64,000 nt of DNA from Longimicrobiales bacterium (GCA_963664435.2 CAXXKM010000001.1:1120001-1184000), one strand, 5' to 3'; positions 9,234 through 19,505 are shown, counted from the stretch's first letter. The notes: generated from the sequence alone by a model not told the origin. Numbers and translations: made by a program.

Positions 9234-10121
9234 ATGGCAGCTCCCTCAAAGACGCGGATCCAAGCCGCACTTCTCGACCTTGTCCTCGGCGCCTCGGTGG
9301 AGATCCTGCCGGGTCGGCTGCCGCAGCCGGAAGTCCTCGCCGGCCGCCTCCCGCGCGGGACCTCCGTCTATGTGCCGTTCCCGCCGAAGGGCCGGTGGCC
9401 GGAGACCATCGCCGCCTGCGAACAGGTGCTGGCGGCGGGCATGCAGCCGGTGCCGCACGTGGCGGCGCGCTCGGTGCGAAGCCCGGACGAGCTCGACGAG
9501 TGGTTGTGCGCGCTGGTGGAGGCAGGAGTGGACTCCCTGATGCTGGTGGCCGGAGACCGCGCCACGCCCGCCGGCCCGTACCGCGATACGCCGGCCCTGC
9601 TCGACTCGGGGTTGCTCGCCGAGCACGGTCTTCGGCGGTTCGGGGTCACCTCGTATCCGGAGGGGCACCCCCTGGTCGGCTCGGCTGATCTGGATGAGGC
9701 GCTCCGGCGCAAGACAGAGTATGCCCGGGCGACGGGTTCGGAGCTCTGGATCGTGACCCAGTTCGTGTTCTCGCCCTCCCCCGCGCTCGCCTGGCTGAAG
9801 CGGATGAGGGAGGCCGGCTGTATGCTCCCGGTTCGCATCGGATTGCCGGGTCCGGTCGCCCTGCGCACTCTGATCGGATACGCGGTCCGCTCCGGCGTCG
9901 TGGCGTCCGCACGGGCGTTGAGACGCAAGCCCGGCATCGCGCGGCTGGCAGGAAGATGGTCGCCGACCCCCATCGCACAGGCGCTGGCCCGGCACTTGGC
10001 CGACCACGAGAACGGGTCTGCCGTCGACCTTCATCTGTTTACATTCGGCGGCCTCACGGACGCCGCCGAATGGCTGTCGGAGCCCCACGACACGATGGTT
10101 TGTTCGCCAGAATCAAGCTGA
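9234..10121 (+). CDS. Methylenetetrahydrofolate reductase-like flavoprotein
   Basis: PVPHVAAR, LVAGD, YPEGHP, IVTQFVF, HLFTFGG. Confidence 0.8.
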   Translation: MAAPSKTRIQAALLDLVLGASVEILPGRLPQPEVLAGRLPRGTSVYVPFPPKGRWPETIAACEQVLAAGMQPVPHVAARSVRSPDELDEWLCALVEAGVDSLMLVAGDRATPAGPYRDTPALLDSGLLAEHGLRRFGVTSYPEGHPLVGSADLDEALRRKTEYARATGSELWIVTQFVFSPSPALAWLKRMREAGCMLPVRIGLPGPVALRTLIGYAVRSGVVASARALRRKPGIARLAGRWSPTPIAQALARHLADHENGSAVDLHLFTFGGLTDAAEWLSEPHDTMVCSPESS

Positions 10122-10258
10122 TCCGGCAAACAAAAGAGGGCCGATTCAGGAGGTTATGCGATGCGGCGTCGATCAAACGCGCATGACCGGTAGGCCGGTA
10201 GCGGCATGAATGGCGCAGGTAGTTGCCGCCCCGCTGCCGCGACCATCATCTTTCCTCG

Positions 10259-11728
10259 ATGAAAGCGAGTGTCCCCCTGATCGGCGTGGCCCTGTCTGGC
10301 GCACTCGCGGGCTGCGCCCCCGCCAGCGATGCTCCCACCGCCGACGGCGGGATGGCCGCCCGCGTCGACGCCATTTTCGCCGACTATGCAAGCGCTTCAG
10401 GCCCCGGCTGCTCCCTGGGCGTGATCCGGGACGGCCGCCTGGTCCACGCCACGGGCTACGGCGCCGCCAACCTCGACCACGGCATCCCCAACGGGCCCGC
10501 GACCATCTTCCGCATCGGCTCGGTCTCCAAGCAGTTCACGGCCGGCGCGATCGCTCTGCTGGCCGTCCGGGGCGAGCTGGAGCTGGATGCTCCCGTGCAG
10601 CGCTACATCTCCGAGTTTCCGGACTACCCCGAGCCTCCCACCGTCCGACATCTGATTCATCATACCTCGGGGGTGCGCGACTACATCGTGCTCATGTCCC
10701 TGGCGGGCAACCGCAGCGAGGACTTCTACACCAACCAGGAGGTTCTCGACGCGATCACGCGGCAGCGCGAGCTCAACTTCACGCCGGGCGCGGAGTACCT
10801 GTACAGCAACGCGGGCTATTTCCTGCTGGGCGAGATCGTGGCCCGGGTCTCGGGGCAGAGCCTGCGCGAGTTCGCCGAAACCGAGTTCTTCGGCCCGCTG
10901 GGCATGACCCCCACGCACTTCCACGACGACCACAACGAGATCGTCCCCAACCGGGCCATCGGCTACGCCCCCAGCGACGATGGCTTCCGCATCAACGTGA
11001 CCACGCTCGACATGGTCGGGGACGGCGGCATCTTCACGTCGGTGGAGGAGTGGGTCGCGTGGGACCGAAACCTCACCGAGGGCACGGTCGGCGGGCCCGA
11101 ATGGGTGGCGCTCATCCACGAGCGCGGCGTGCTCAACTCGGGCGACACCATCCCCTACGCCTTCGGCATCTCCCACGGCGAGCACCGCGGGCTGGCAACG
11201 GTTGGGCACGGGGGCTCGTGGGTCGGGTACCGGGCGGCGATGTCGCGCTATCCCGAGGCCGGCCATTCGTTCGTGGCGCTCTGCAACCGTTCGGCCATCG
11301 ACCCCGGGACCCTCATCGCGAGCACGGCGGAGATCTACCTGGAAGACCGGATGGAGCCGCCGGAGGACGCCGCGGAGGGGGAAACAACCGACGAGGCTGC
11401 GGAACAGGCACCGGAGGAGGCCGCCGCAGACGACGCCTCGCAGGATGAACCCGACCTCGACATCCCGAACCGCGCGCGCTACGCCGGATCGTTCTACAGC
11501 CCCGAGCTGGACACCACCTATCGCATTGCAGTGGAAGGCGATGCCGGACTCACGTTGCACGTGGGCCGCCTGGACCCGGCCGCGCTGATGACCGTTTCGG
11601 ACGGCATGCTCACGAGCGAGCGAGGGTGGACGCTCCGGTTCTCGCAGCTGGCCGACGGTCGCCACCAGGCGATGATGGTCGATGCCGGGCGGGTCAAGAA
11701 CCTGCGGTTCGCACGGGCCGAGGGGTAG
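10259..11728 (+). CDS. Serine hydrolase (beta-lactamase/AmpC-like) lipoprotein
   Basis: Lipobox LAGC; SVSK, YSN and HGG motifs. Confidence 0.88.
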   Translation: MKASVPLIGVALSGALAGCAPASDAPTADGGMAARVDAIFADYASASGPGCSLGVIRDGRLVHATGYGAANLDHGIPNGPATIFRIGSVSKQFTAGAIALLAVRGELELDAPVQRYISEFPDYPEPPTVRHLIHHTSGVRDYIVLMSLAGNRSEDFYTNQEVLDAITRQRELNFTPGAEYLYSNAGYFLLGEIVARVSGQSLREFAETEFFGPLGMTPTHFHDDHNEIVPNRAIGYAPSDDGFRINVTTLDMVGDGGIFTSVEEWVAWDRNLTEGTVGGPEWVALIHERGVLNSGDTIPYAFGISHGEHRGLATVGHGGSWVGYRAAMSRYPEAGHSFVALCNRSAIDPGTLIASTAEIYLEDRMEPPEDAAEGETTDEAAEQAPEEAAADDASQDEPDLDIPNRARYAGSFYSPELDTTYRIAVEGDAGLTLHVGRLDPAALMTVSDGMLTSERGWTLRFSQLADGRHQAMMVDAGRVKNLRFARAEG

Positions 11729-11740
11729 GGGCATCCGGCA

Positions 11741-12880
11741 ATGATTGAATGGCTTGGCATCGGCCATCTCTTCGAGCTCTCCCGGCCGGAAGCGGTTGCG
11801 GGCTTTCTCACCCCGCTGGTGATCTTCGCCGCGTTCTTCGTAGTGCAGCTCGTGCTGCCGGGACGGCGGGTGCCCGGCTACGTCGTCAACCCGGAGACCG
11901 GCAGACCCCGCAACTATCGGCTGAACGGCATTCTGGTGTTCGCCATCGCGCACATCGTGTGGGCGCTCGAGCTCACCGGGATGCCGCTCGACTGGTTCTA
12001 CCGGTCCTCGGTCTACGCGGTGGCCGGTGGAACGGTCCTGTGCCTCATCTTTGCGCTCCTGGCGGTGTTCGGAGGGTCGCACGACAAGGTGGACAAGCCG
12101 CTCGCCGCGCTGTGGGAGGGACGTGCCCGGGAGCTGGCGTTCTTCAACGAGCGCATCGACGTGAAGATGTACCTGTACGTCGTGGGCGGGACGATGTTGA
12201 CGCTCAACGCGATGTCCGGGGCTGCATACCACTATGGGTTATTCGGCGAAGATGCCAACCCGGGCGTCTTCCTGTACGCGGGGTTCCTGACGTTCTACGT
12301 CCTGGACTACTTCATCTTCGAGCGGGTCCAGCTGTACACCTATGACGTGATCCACGAGCGCATGGGCTTCAAGATGTTCTGGGGCGGCCTCATGGTGTAC
12401 GGATGGCTCTACATCCTGCCGCTGTGGGGCATGGCGGTGTACCCGGACCCCGGCTTGACGCCGCCGGGGAGGTACGTCTGGCTCATTGGGTCGGCCGCGC
12501 TCTTCCTGGTCGGGTGGGGCATCGCGCGCGGCGCCAACATGCAGAAGTACACCTTCAAGCGATGGCCGGAGCGCAGGTTCCTCGGGCTCATCGAGCCGGA
12601 GTACATCGAGGCCGGAGACCGCAAGATCCTGTGCAGCGGCCTTTGGGGCGTCGCCCGCCACTTCAACTACCTGGGCGAGGGGTTCTTCTCGCTGGCCATC
12701 GCCCTGGTGTTCGGCTACTTCGCCAACCCATGGGCCTGGACCTACTTCGTCTTCATCGTCGGGCTCTTCATCGCCCGTCAACGCGACGACGACAGGCTCT
12801 GCGCCGAGAAATACGGCGCCGGGAAGTGGGCGGAGTACCAGGCGCGGGTGAAGTACCGGATCATTCCCCGGATCTACTGA
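11741..12880 (+). CDS. ERG4/ERG24/DHCR7-family sterol reductase-like membrane protein
   Basis: YRLNG, DVIHERMGF, ANMQK, SGLWGVARHFNYLGE, RDDDRLCAEKYG, WAEYQARVKYRIIPRIY. Confidence 0.85.
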   Translation: MIEWLGIGHLFELSRPEAVAGFLTPLVIFAAFFVVQLVLPGRRVPGYVVNPETGRPRNYRLNGILVFAIAHIVWALELTGMPLDWFYRSSVYAVAGGTVLCLIFALLAVFGGSHDKVDKPLAALWEGRARELAFFNERIDVKMYLYVVGGTMLTLNAMSGAAYHYGLFGEDANPGVFLYAGFLTFYVLDYFIFERVQLYTYDVIHERMGFKMFWGGLMVYGWLYILPLWGMAVYPDPGLTPPGRYVWLIGSAALFLVGWGIARGANMQKYTFKRWPERRFLGLIEPEYIEAGDRKILCSGLWGVARHFNYLGEGFFSLAIALVFGYFANPWAWTYFVFIVGLFIARQRDDDRLCAEKYGAGKWAEYQARVKYRIIPRIY

Positions 12881-12900
12881 GCGCGCCGGACGTGGAAACG

Positions 12901-15237
12901 ATGCGCGCGCGATGCGCGACGGGAATGCTGCTCTCGCTGTCGCTCCTCGCCCTCACTGCACCCCTGCCCGCATCCGCCCAGACGGATCAGCTCAGCGGCC
13001 GGATCCGGTCGGATGACGGACGTCCTGTCGAAGGCGCGCTGGCGGAGGTTCATCCGGTATCGGACTCGACTCTGACGGCGTATACGCTGGCGAACGAGCT
13101 CGGCTTCTTCACCTTCCGCGATCTGGAGCCGGCCACGTACGTGCTCAGAGTGACCCGAATCGGCTTTCAGGAATTCCAGGAGCAGGTGAGTGTCGAGGGG
13201 GGCGTGACCGAGGTCGAGGTCGTGATGACGACGCAGGCGATCGTGTTTGCGGGCATCACGGTCGAGGCCGAGCGCAGCCGCGCCAAGACCCGCTTCGAGG
13301 AGTCGGCCGGCATCACCGTCCAGGAGATTGAGGCCGCCGCCCTCAAATCGCTCCCCATCATCGCCGAATCGGACCCGCTCCGGGCCATCGAGGTGCTTCC
13401 GGGGGTGACCACGACGTCGGATTTCTCCGCGGCCTTCAACGTGCGCGGCGGATCCGCCGATCAGAACCTCATCCTCCTCGACGAGGTGCCGATCTTCAAT
13501 CCATTCCACCTGGGAGGGATCTTCTCCGTCTTCAATGCCGACATGGTGGACCGGGTCGAACTGCAGTCCGGGGGCTTTGCGGCCGAGTACGGGGGCCGGG
13601 TGTCGTCGGTGTTGACCATCGAAAGCGATCCCGGCGACGGAGAATTCGGGGTCGACGCGGGCGTGAGCATTCTGGCATCCCGCGTGGCGGTGAACGGAGC
13701 GCTTCCCCGGGGCGCCACCGAGAAACTGGGGTTCCAGACCACGCGCTGGCGCATGTCCGCGCGGCGTTCCTATCTGGACGTGCTCTTCAAGCCGTGGATC
13801 GACTTTCCGTACCACCTCTCGGACCTGCAGGGGGTCTTCGAGGCCTGGACCGGGAGCAGCAGCCGGCTTCGTTTCGTCGGGTACAGCGGCCGCGATGTCG
13901 TGGACCTCTCGGGCTCCGAAGACACCCCGCTCCCGATCAGCTGGTCGTGGGGGAACGACGCGTTCGGGGGTTCGTGGACGCAGTCCATGAGCGGGGGCGC
14001 TTCGATGGCGGTCCGCGCCTCGCTGTCGCGCTTCAAGTCCGATCTGGCGTTCCCGGAGGCCGATGTCGAGTTCCGGACCGGGGTCGAACAGGCTTCCGCC
14101 GGTGCCGATCTCGAGCTCTTGCCCTCGTGGGCCACGCGCTGGAAGTCGGGCGTAAGCGCGAGACGGGTCTCGTACGACAACGGGCTGTTGGGGGGCGGCT
14201 CGACCTTCCTCGACCAGGAGGGCAGCGGCGTCGAAATCGCGGCATACAGCCAGGTACACTGGGACCCCAGTCCGAGCTGGCTGGTGGAAGGCGGGGTGCG
14301 TGCGGACTACTGGCGGCCGAACGCGGGGGAGACGGCAGCGACACTCTCGCCCCGCTTCGCCGTGAGGCGCTTCCTGCGGGACAGGAATTCGGCAGTGCGC
14401 CTGTCCGCAGGCCGGTACAGCCAGTTCATCCACTCCACCCGGGACGAGGAGTTTCCCTTCGGGATCGACACCTGGGTGCTGGCGGGCGCGGAGGCTCCGC
14501 GCATCATCTCGGACCAGGTGCAGGTGGGGGCTGAGAGCTTTTTCGGCGACGACGATGCCTGGTTCGCGTCGCTCGAGGGCTACTATCGCACCTTCGACGG
14601 GGTGGCCGCGGTCAACGCGGTCGACGATCCGAACGACGACTCGGATGCACTGGTCGCGGGTGACGGCGATGCGTACGGCGTGGACCTCTACATCAAGCGG
14701 GACCGCGGTGCCACCACCGGCTGGATCTCCGTCTCGTTCCTGAAGACCCTGCGGTCCTTCCCGGACACCCGCTCCGGCATGGACCCGCTGCCGCTCATCA
14801 CCTATCCGCCGGTCTTCGACCGCCGCTTCGAGGTCGACCTCGCCCTGCGCCGGCCCCTCGACTGGTGGGAGCTCGAGATCGGCGTCAGAGCCAATTTCGG
14901 AACCGGCCTGCCGTACACCCGGCCGCTCGGCATATACCACGTCTACCGCACGCAACTGGTCGGAGGCGTCGCGAGCCTCGAGGACGACGACGCGGTGCTG
15001 CTCGGACCCCGCAACGGCGCGCGCTTTCCCGCCCGGCACCGGCTGGATCTGTCGTTCCGCAAGACCATCACGAAGGGGTGGGGCACGATGACCCCGTATC
15101 TGAGCGTGATCAACGTCTACAACCGAAAGAACGCGTTCTTCTACGTCTACAACTACGGCGCCACGCCCCCGACCCGGGAGGGTGTGTCGATGATCCCCCT
15201 GCTTCCCACGCTGGGCCTCGAGGCCTCGTTCCGATGA
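12901..15237 (+). CDS. TonB-dependent receptor with N-terminal carboxypeptidase-regulatory-like domain
   Basis: Signal peptide; LPGV, NVRGGSADQNLILLD, GGFAAEYGGRVSSV plug motifs; beta-barrel C-terminus. Confidence 0.88.
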   Translation: MRARCATGMLLSLSLLALTAPLPASAQTDQLSGRIRSDDGRPVEGALAEVHPVSDSTLTAYTLANELGFFTFRDLEPATYVLRVTRIGFQEFQEQVSVEGGVTEVEVVMTTQAIVFAGITVEAERSRAKTRFEESAGITVQEIEAAALKSLPIIAESDPLRAIEVLPGVTTTSDFSAAFNVRGGSADQNLILLDEVPIFNPFHLGGIFSVFNADMVDRVELQSGGFAAEYGGRVSSVLTIESDPGDGEFGVDAGVSILASRVAVNGALPRGATEKLGFQTTRWRMSARRSYLDVLFKPWIDFPYHLSDLQGVFEAWTGSSSRLRFVGYSGRDVVDLSGSEDTPLPISWSWGNDAFGGSWTQSMSGGASMAVRASLSRFKSDLAFPEADVEFRTGVEQASAGADLELLPSWATRWKSGVSARRVSYDNGLLGGGSTFLDQEGSGVEIAAYSQVHWDPSPSWLVEGGVRADYWRPNAGETAATLSPRFAVRRFLRDRNSAVRLSAGRYSQFIHSTRDEEFPFGIDTWVLAGAEAPRIISDQVQVGAESFFGDDDAWFASLEGYYRTFDGVAAVNAVDDPNDDSDALVAGDGDAYGVDLYIKRDRGATTGWISVSFLKTLRSFPDTRSGMDPLPLITYPPVFDRRFEVDLALRRPLDWWELEIGVRANFGTGLPYTRPLGIYHVYRTQLVGGVASLEDDDAVLLGPRNGARFPARHRLDLSFRKTITKGWGTMTPYLSVINVYNRKNAFFYVYNYGATPPTREGVSMIPLLPTLGLEASFR

Positions 15238-16334
15238 TGGGCGACGGAACAGCGGGCCACAGCCGGGCGGGGAAAACGGCTTGCCGCCGCCGTGAAGGCC
15301 CAGGCGCCGGTCGCTTGGGGATTCCGTCGCCACTCGGGCCATCGCGGCGGCCCCGCGGGTCGGATCTGTGTGCGGCCCTGAGCGCTGTGACGGTCGCCAC
15401 CGTCCTGCTCGGCGGTTGCGAGCTCACCGAGGTAACGCTCGCGGAGTCGGAAGACGTGGTCGTCGCCGAGACGCGGCTGATCCTGAATTACGACGGCGAG
15501 GATGCTGCACCGTGGCTGAATGTGTACGCCTACCTGCACCGGACGCTCAGCGCCGCGCGCGCGGACGAGGTGGAGGGCGCGACCGTGCGCCTGTCGGGGG
15601 CGTCGGGGGCGGTCGTTCATCTTGCACCGGCGGCGAGCGGCGACGACTGCCTCAGTTCCGACCCGGAGAACCCCAACGAGGATGTCGGTTCCTGCTACCG
15701 GGCGACCGCCTCCCCATCACCCTTCGCCCCGAGGGAGGTCGTCGACCTCGAGGTGATTCTGGCCGACGGCAGCACCCTCACGGCATCCAGCCGGATCCCC
15801 GGCGCCTTCGAGTTCGTGGGACTCACGCAGGAAAACGGGCACTGCCGCCTTGAGCCGGACACCAACTACCGGTTCAGCTGGACGGAGGCGGCGGGCACCT
15901 GGTCGTATCTCTCCGATACCTGGATCAGGGGATTGCCGGAGGCTCTGGCCGGGGAGGATATCGAGGTGCCGGACTCGCTGTACCTGACCGGGTTCGGAAT
16001 CGGCCAGGAGGACACGGACGTCCTCTTCCCCGGGGAATACGGCCTTTTCGACATAGCCGACGAAGCCAACGCCGATCTGCTGCGCATTCTCGACGACGGC
16101 CTGCCCGGCGGCACCTGGGGGAAGGTCGCTTTCGCCGCGACCGACCGAAACTGGGTGAACTGGGTCCGGGGCGGAAACTTCAACCCCTCGGGCATCATCC
16201 GGATTCCCTCCGTCTTCGGAGACGGCACCGGTTTCTTCGGCACGGCCACGCAGCGTGTGCTCCACGTCCGCGCGGGCCCGGACGGCGACGGAATGCCGCC
16301 GCTGTGCGGACCTGCCGCTCCTCCGGACGCCTAG
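15234..16334 (+). CDS. DUF4249-like lipoprotein partner of the TonB receptor (true start may lie further downstream)
   Basis: ATGA overlap with receptor stop; lipobox LGGC; C-terminal PSVFGDGTGFFG. Confidence 0.6.
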   Translation: MMGDGTAGHSRAGKTACRRREGPGAGRLGIPSPLGPSRRPRGSDLCAALSAVTVATVLLGGCELTEVTLAESEDVVVAETRLILNYDGEDAAPWLNVYAYLHRTLSAARADEVEGATVRLSGASGAVVHLAPAASGDDCLSSDPENPNEDVGSCYRATASPSPFAPREVVDLEVILADGSTLTASSRIPGAFEFVGLTQENGHCRLEPDTNYRFSWTEAAGTWSYLSDTWIRGLPEALAGEDIEVPDSLYLTGFGIGQEDTDVLFPGEYGLFDIADEANADLLRILDDGLPGGTWGKVAFAATDRNWVNWVRGGNFNPSGIIRIPSVFGDGTGFFGTATQRVLHVRAGPDGDGMPPLCGPAAPPDA

Positions 16335-16438
16335 GCAAGGGCCGGGCCGAGTACGCGCGCGCACCAGAGCCTCGGGTCAATCGACTGCGCGGGACCCCTC
16401 TTTTGCCTGCCATTTTTCGGCTTTTGTGGCGGACTAAC

Positions 16439-18592
16439 TCATCTCGCCAGCGGATCCGGCCGCAGCTGGAACTGGAGAACCTTGCTGGGCGTGCCCTTGC
16501 CGCCTTCCATGTGGAACGGCGCGCGCGTGCTCACGGTCGCCCACAGCCCCCTGCCCTTCCAGCCGCCATCCGGGTCGTCGATGCGGCCGTCCAGCCACTT
16601 GGTGTAGAAGCCGAGCGGATACGGGACGCGCAGGACGATCCAATCCCCATCCACCAGGGCCAGCAGCCCTTCGGAGGCGTTGCCGGTGTTGATGGGCACG
16701 TTCTCGCCGAGCCCGAAGACGTTGAACTGATCGACCCAGGTGTAGTAGCTCGCCTCGGCGCTGCCGGGCGCGCTCACGCCCCGGATCTGCGGCAGCGGCT
16801 CGCGATGGAAGGTCCAGCCCTCGGGGCAGTGCTGGCCCGTTGCCTCGGGGCCGTTGAGCGGGCCCGTGCACTTCGTGCGGTCGAAGCTGGCCATGTGCCC
16901 GCTGGCGAGCGCGACCCACATCACACCGTTCCGGTCAATGTCCCCACCGCGCGGCGAGAACCCTTCGATGGGCGCGCCCGACGCGTCGAGGGGCAGCTCG
17001 TACAGCTCGGCGAGCGCCGTCGCCGGGGGGTTCGCGCCCGGATCCAGCCGGACCACCGCCCCCGGATAGCCGAGCGTCGTCGCCCATACCGAACCATCGG
17101 GGGCGGGCGCCACCGAGTAGAAGCCGGCGACGACCCGCTTGTCCATCGTGGGGTCGACCGGCTCGCTGGGCTCGACATAGTCGTCGCGCCGGCCGTTGCC
17201 GTTGGTATCGAGGATGAGCGCGGTCCAGCCCTGGGAAGCCTCCTCGTCGCCGGTCTCCTCGAACATCCTCGTGTTCAGCCAGCCCACGACCTGCCCGCCG
17301 CCGCTCGTCCAGAGCGTGTTGTCCTCGTCCTCCGCGAACATGAGGTGGTGCGTGCTGAAACAGGTGCGGATGTGCGTGAGCTCCTGCGTCTCCGGATCCC
17401 ACAACTGCAGGTGGCGCCGGGCGCTGTTCGTCGGGAAGACCCGGGCCGACGGGTGGTCCGATCCCTCGCGGCAGAAGTCCGGATTCGCCGGCGGAGCCAC
17501 CGTGGAGGTGAGCCAGAGCCGCCCCCGCTCGTCCAGCATCGGGTTGTGGACGTTGTTCCTGCTGGTCCAGATGGCCTCGTCCCCCCAATAGGGCGACGGC
17601 TCGGGCATTCCCGGACCCGATGCGGGCTGCGTGCTCGGATCGCGGACGGTCAGCGGAATCTGGCTCGACGCGTTGCCCACCGGATCAAGCACCGGTACGT
17701 AGTCCGCGCTGGCCTCCAGCGCCCCGTAGATGGGCCCGTATGCGTTGACCGTGGGATCGCGACGGTCGGTGGAAACCTCGTCGTGCAGGTAGGCCTTCGG
17801 ATCCGCCCAGTCCCACAGCGTGACGACGACATTGCGCTCGATGCCCTCGGGCCGCGGAGGCGCCTCCGCCGGCACCTCGCCCGCCGCGATGCGGTCGGTC
17901 CAGTCCGCGAACATCTCGAGCATCCGCTGCCGGCCCATGCGGTCGAAGCCGCCGCTCATCCCGCCACCGGCCTGCCCCGACTTGATGCGCCGGTCCCACG
18001 CGTCCACGGACGACGCGAACTCGCCCAGTTCCGCCGGAATGTTGCGGGTGCCGAGGCCGCCCATCTGATGGCATGCCGTGCAGTTGCCCGATTTCAGGAG
18101 CCGCATGAGCTGCGCCTGGTGCTCGAGGTTCGGCGAGATCCCGTTGCCCGCATCGCCAGTCCCCGGAAACTCGTGATCCTCCGGCACCTGGAGCAGCGAC
18201 AGCCAGTAGCCCGCCGGATAGTACTCCGCCGCTGCCCGGGCGTCGGGAGCCGGCACCGCCGTCAGGTCCAGATCGGTGCCGGGCGAAGCGCTAAGCTTGT
18301 CGGAATCGACCAGGCCGTAGCCGCGCACCCATACGTCGTAGCTCGCTCCGGGGAGGTCAGGGAGCAGATATCGGCCGTCGTCGTCGGTGACGACGATCCG
18401 GGCGAAGCGCGTGGGAAGATCCGTCGTTTCCGCGATCACCCAGACGCCGGCCTCGGGTCCGTTTGCTCCGGTCACGACACCGCCGATGTCGTCTGTGAGG
18501 ACGTCGGATGACTCGCGGGCGGGCTCACATGCGGTTAGTGCGGCCAAGACCGCGAGGGCGCCGACGCGCTGGGGTATCGTCCAATTCCGCAT
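16439..18592 (-). CDS. Lipoprotein with carboxypeptidase-regulatory-like domain, a single CxxCH motif and a propeller-like C-terminus
   Basis: Lipobox LTAC; VWVIAET...WVRGYGLVDS; CTACH. Confidence 0.75.
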   Translation of the reverse strand: MRNWTIPQRVGALAVLAALTACEPARESSDVLTDDIGGVVTGANGPEAGVWVIAETTDLPTRFARIVVTDDDGRYLLPDLPGASYDVWVRGYGLVDSDKLSASPGTDLDLTAVPAPDARAAAEYYPAGYWLSLLQVPEDHEFPGTGDAGNGISPNLEHQAQLMRLLKSGNCTACHQMGGLGTRNIPAELGEFASSVDAWDRRIKSGQAGGGMSGGFDRMGRQRMLEMFADWTDRIAAGEVPAEAPPRPEGIERNVVVTLWDWADPKAYLHDEVSTDRRDPTVNAYGPIYGALEASADYVPVLDPVGNASSQIPLTVRDPSTQPASGPGMPEPSPYWGDEAIWTSRNNVHNPMLDERGRLWLTSTVAPPANPDFCREGSDHPSARVFPTNSARRHLQLWDPETQELTHIRTCFSTHHLMFAEDEDNTLWTSGGGQVVGWLNTRMFEETGDEEASQGWTALILDTNGNGRRDDYVEPSEPVDPTMDKRVVAGFYSVAPAPDGSVWATTLGYPGAVVRLDPGANPPATALAELYELPLDASGAPIEGFSPRGGDIDRNGVMWVALASGHMASFDRTKCTGPLNGPEATGQHCPEGWTFHREPLPQIRGVSAPGSAEASYYTWVDQFNVFGLGENVPINTGNASEGLLALVDGDWIVLRVPYPLGFYTKWLDGRIDDPDGGWKGRGLWATVSTRAPFHMEGGKGTPSKVLQFQLRPDPLAR

Positions 18593-18697
18593 TTCACTCC
18601 TCCCGCTCAGGCTCCCGAAGACAGGTAACTCGGGTACTCTGACTGATAGGCTGGAGCGTGCTGACGGGCCAGCGACGAGGATTCGGGCTTTGTACCC

Positions 18698-19201
18698 TTA
18701 GTCGCCGCCTCCCGCGCGACGTGGGGTCTTCCCCGACGGACCAGCTCGATAGGAACCACTGGGCTCCGGCCTGTCGGTCAGGATTCCCGACACCGATCCC
18801 TCCGACTGCCGCTGCACGTAACTGAGCGCTGCCCGAGCCAGCAACCCGGAACGCGACTGTCGTTCTCGAACGGCCGCCTGATCCACGATGGCCAACACGC
18901 GTTCCGGCAACGTGATGTTGATGCGCCTGCTCTTGCTGGAGAGTCTTGAGATATCCACGGTGACGATGGCCCACACGCCACCCCGGTAATCGTCGTTTGC
19001 CTGGTGTTCTTCGAGCGACAAACGGGGCGGCACGGGCTCGCCGTCCATCAGCAGCCCTTCGATATGGCATGCGATCGCTTCGCGGGCGGATTCGATCGCC
19101 TCGTCAAGCGTGTCACCGGCCGAGAAACAGCCGGGAAGATCCGGCACCGTGACGCCGTACCCGCTGCATGCGTCCTTGTGAATCACGATCGGAAAGCGCA
19201 T
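18698..19201 (-). CDS. hicB: HicB antitoxin with C-terminal RHH domain
   Basis: YGVTVPDLPGCFSAGDTLDEAI, RINITLP...SRSGLL. Confidence 0.9.
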   Translation of the reverse strand: MRFPIVIHKDACSGYGVTVPDLPGCFSAGDTLDEAIESAREAIACHIEGLLMDGEPVPPRLSLEEHQANDDYRGGVWAIVTVDISRLSSKSRRINITLPERVLAIVDQAAVRERQSRSGLLARAALSYVQRQSEGSVSGILTDRPEPSGSYRAGPSGKTPRRAGGGD

Positions 19202-19395
19202 CAGCGGCCCTCCCTTTTCCAGTTGGCCTGGCTATAGATGCTGCGGAGCGTCCCCACGGGGACATCCTTGCTGGGGTGCTTCACCGTTACTCGGCCGGGC
19301 TTGTCAGGATGAATGAATTGGTGGTGGCTTCCACGGGTGTTTCGAAGCATCCAGCCATCCGCCACCAATTTTCGGATGATTTCCCGGCTCGACAT
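19201..19395 (-). CDS. hicA: HicA mRNA interferase toxin
   Basis: GSHHQFIHPDKPGRVTVKHP; overlaps the hicB start by 1 nt. Confidence 0.9.
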   Translation of the reverse strand: MSSREIIRKLVADGWMLRNTRGSHHQFIHPDKPGRVTVKHPSKDVPVGTLRSIYSQANWKREGR

Positions 19396-19397
19396 GG

Positions 19398-19412
19398 TGT
19401 GTATTATACACA
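19398..19412 (-). promoter_or_regulatory. Palindromic hicAB operator overlapping a TATAAT -10 box (leaderless promoter)
   Basis: Minus strand TGTGTATAATACACA is palindromic; TATAAT lies 7 nt upstream of the hicA ATG. Confidence 0.75.
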
Positions 19413-19505
19413 TCACCGCTGGCCGTCTCAAGGAAGTGACGAGAGCCGGAATGACCAGGTGGTGGTAGATTTCCCAGGGTCCAACTGATTAAGGAGAAGC
19501 TGGTC

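Noticed and set aside
19413..19500. Possible higB toxin remnant
   Set aside because: No recognisable HigB motif in any frame
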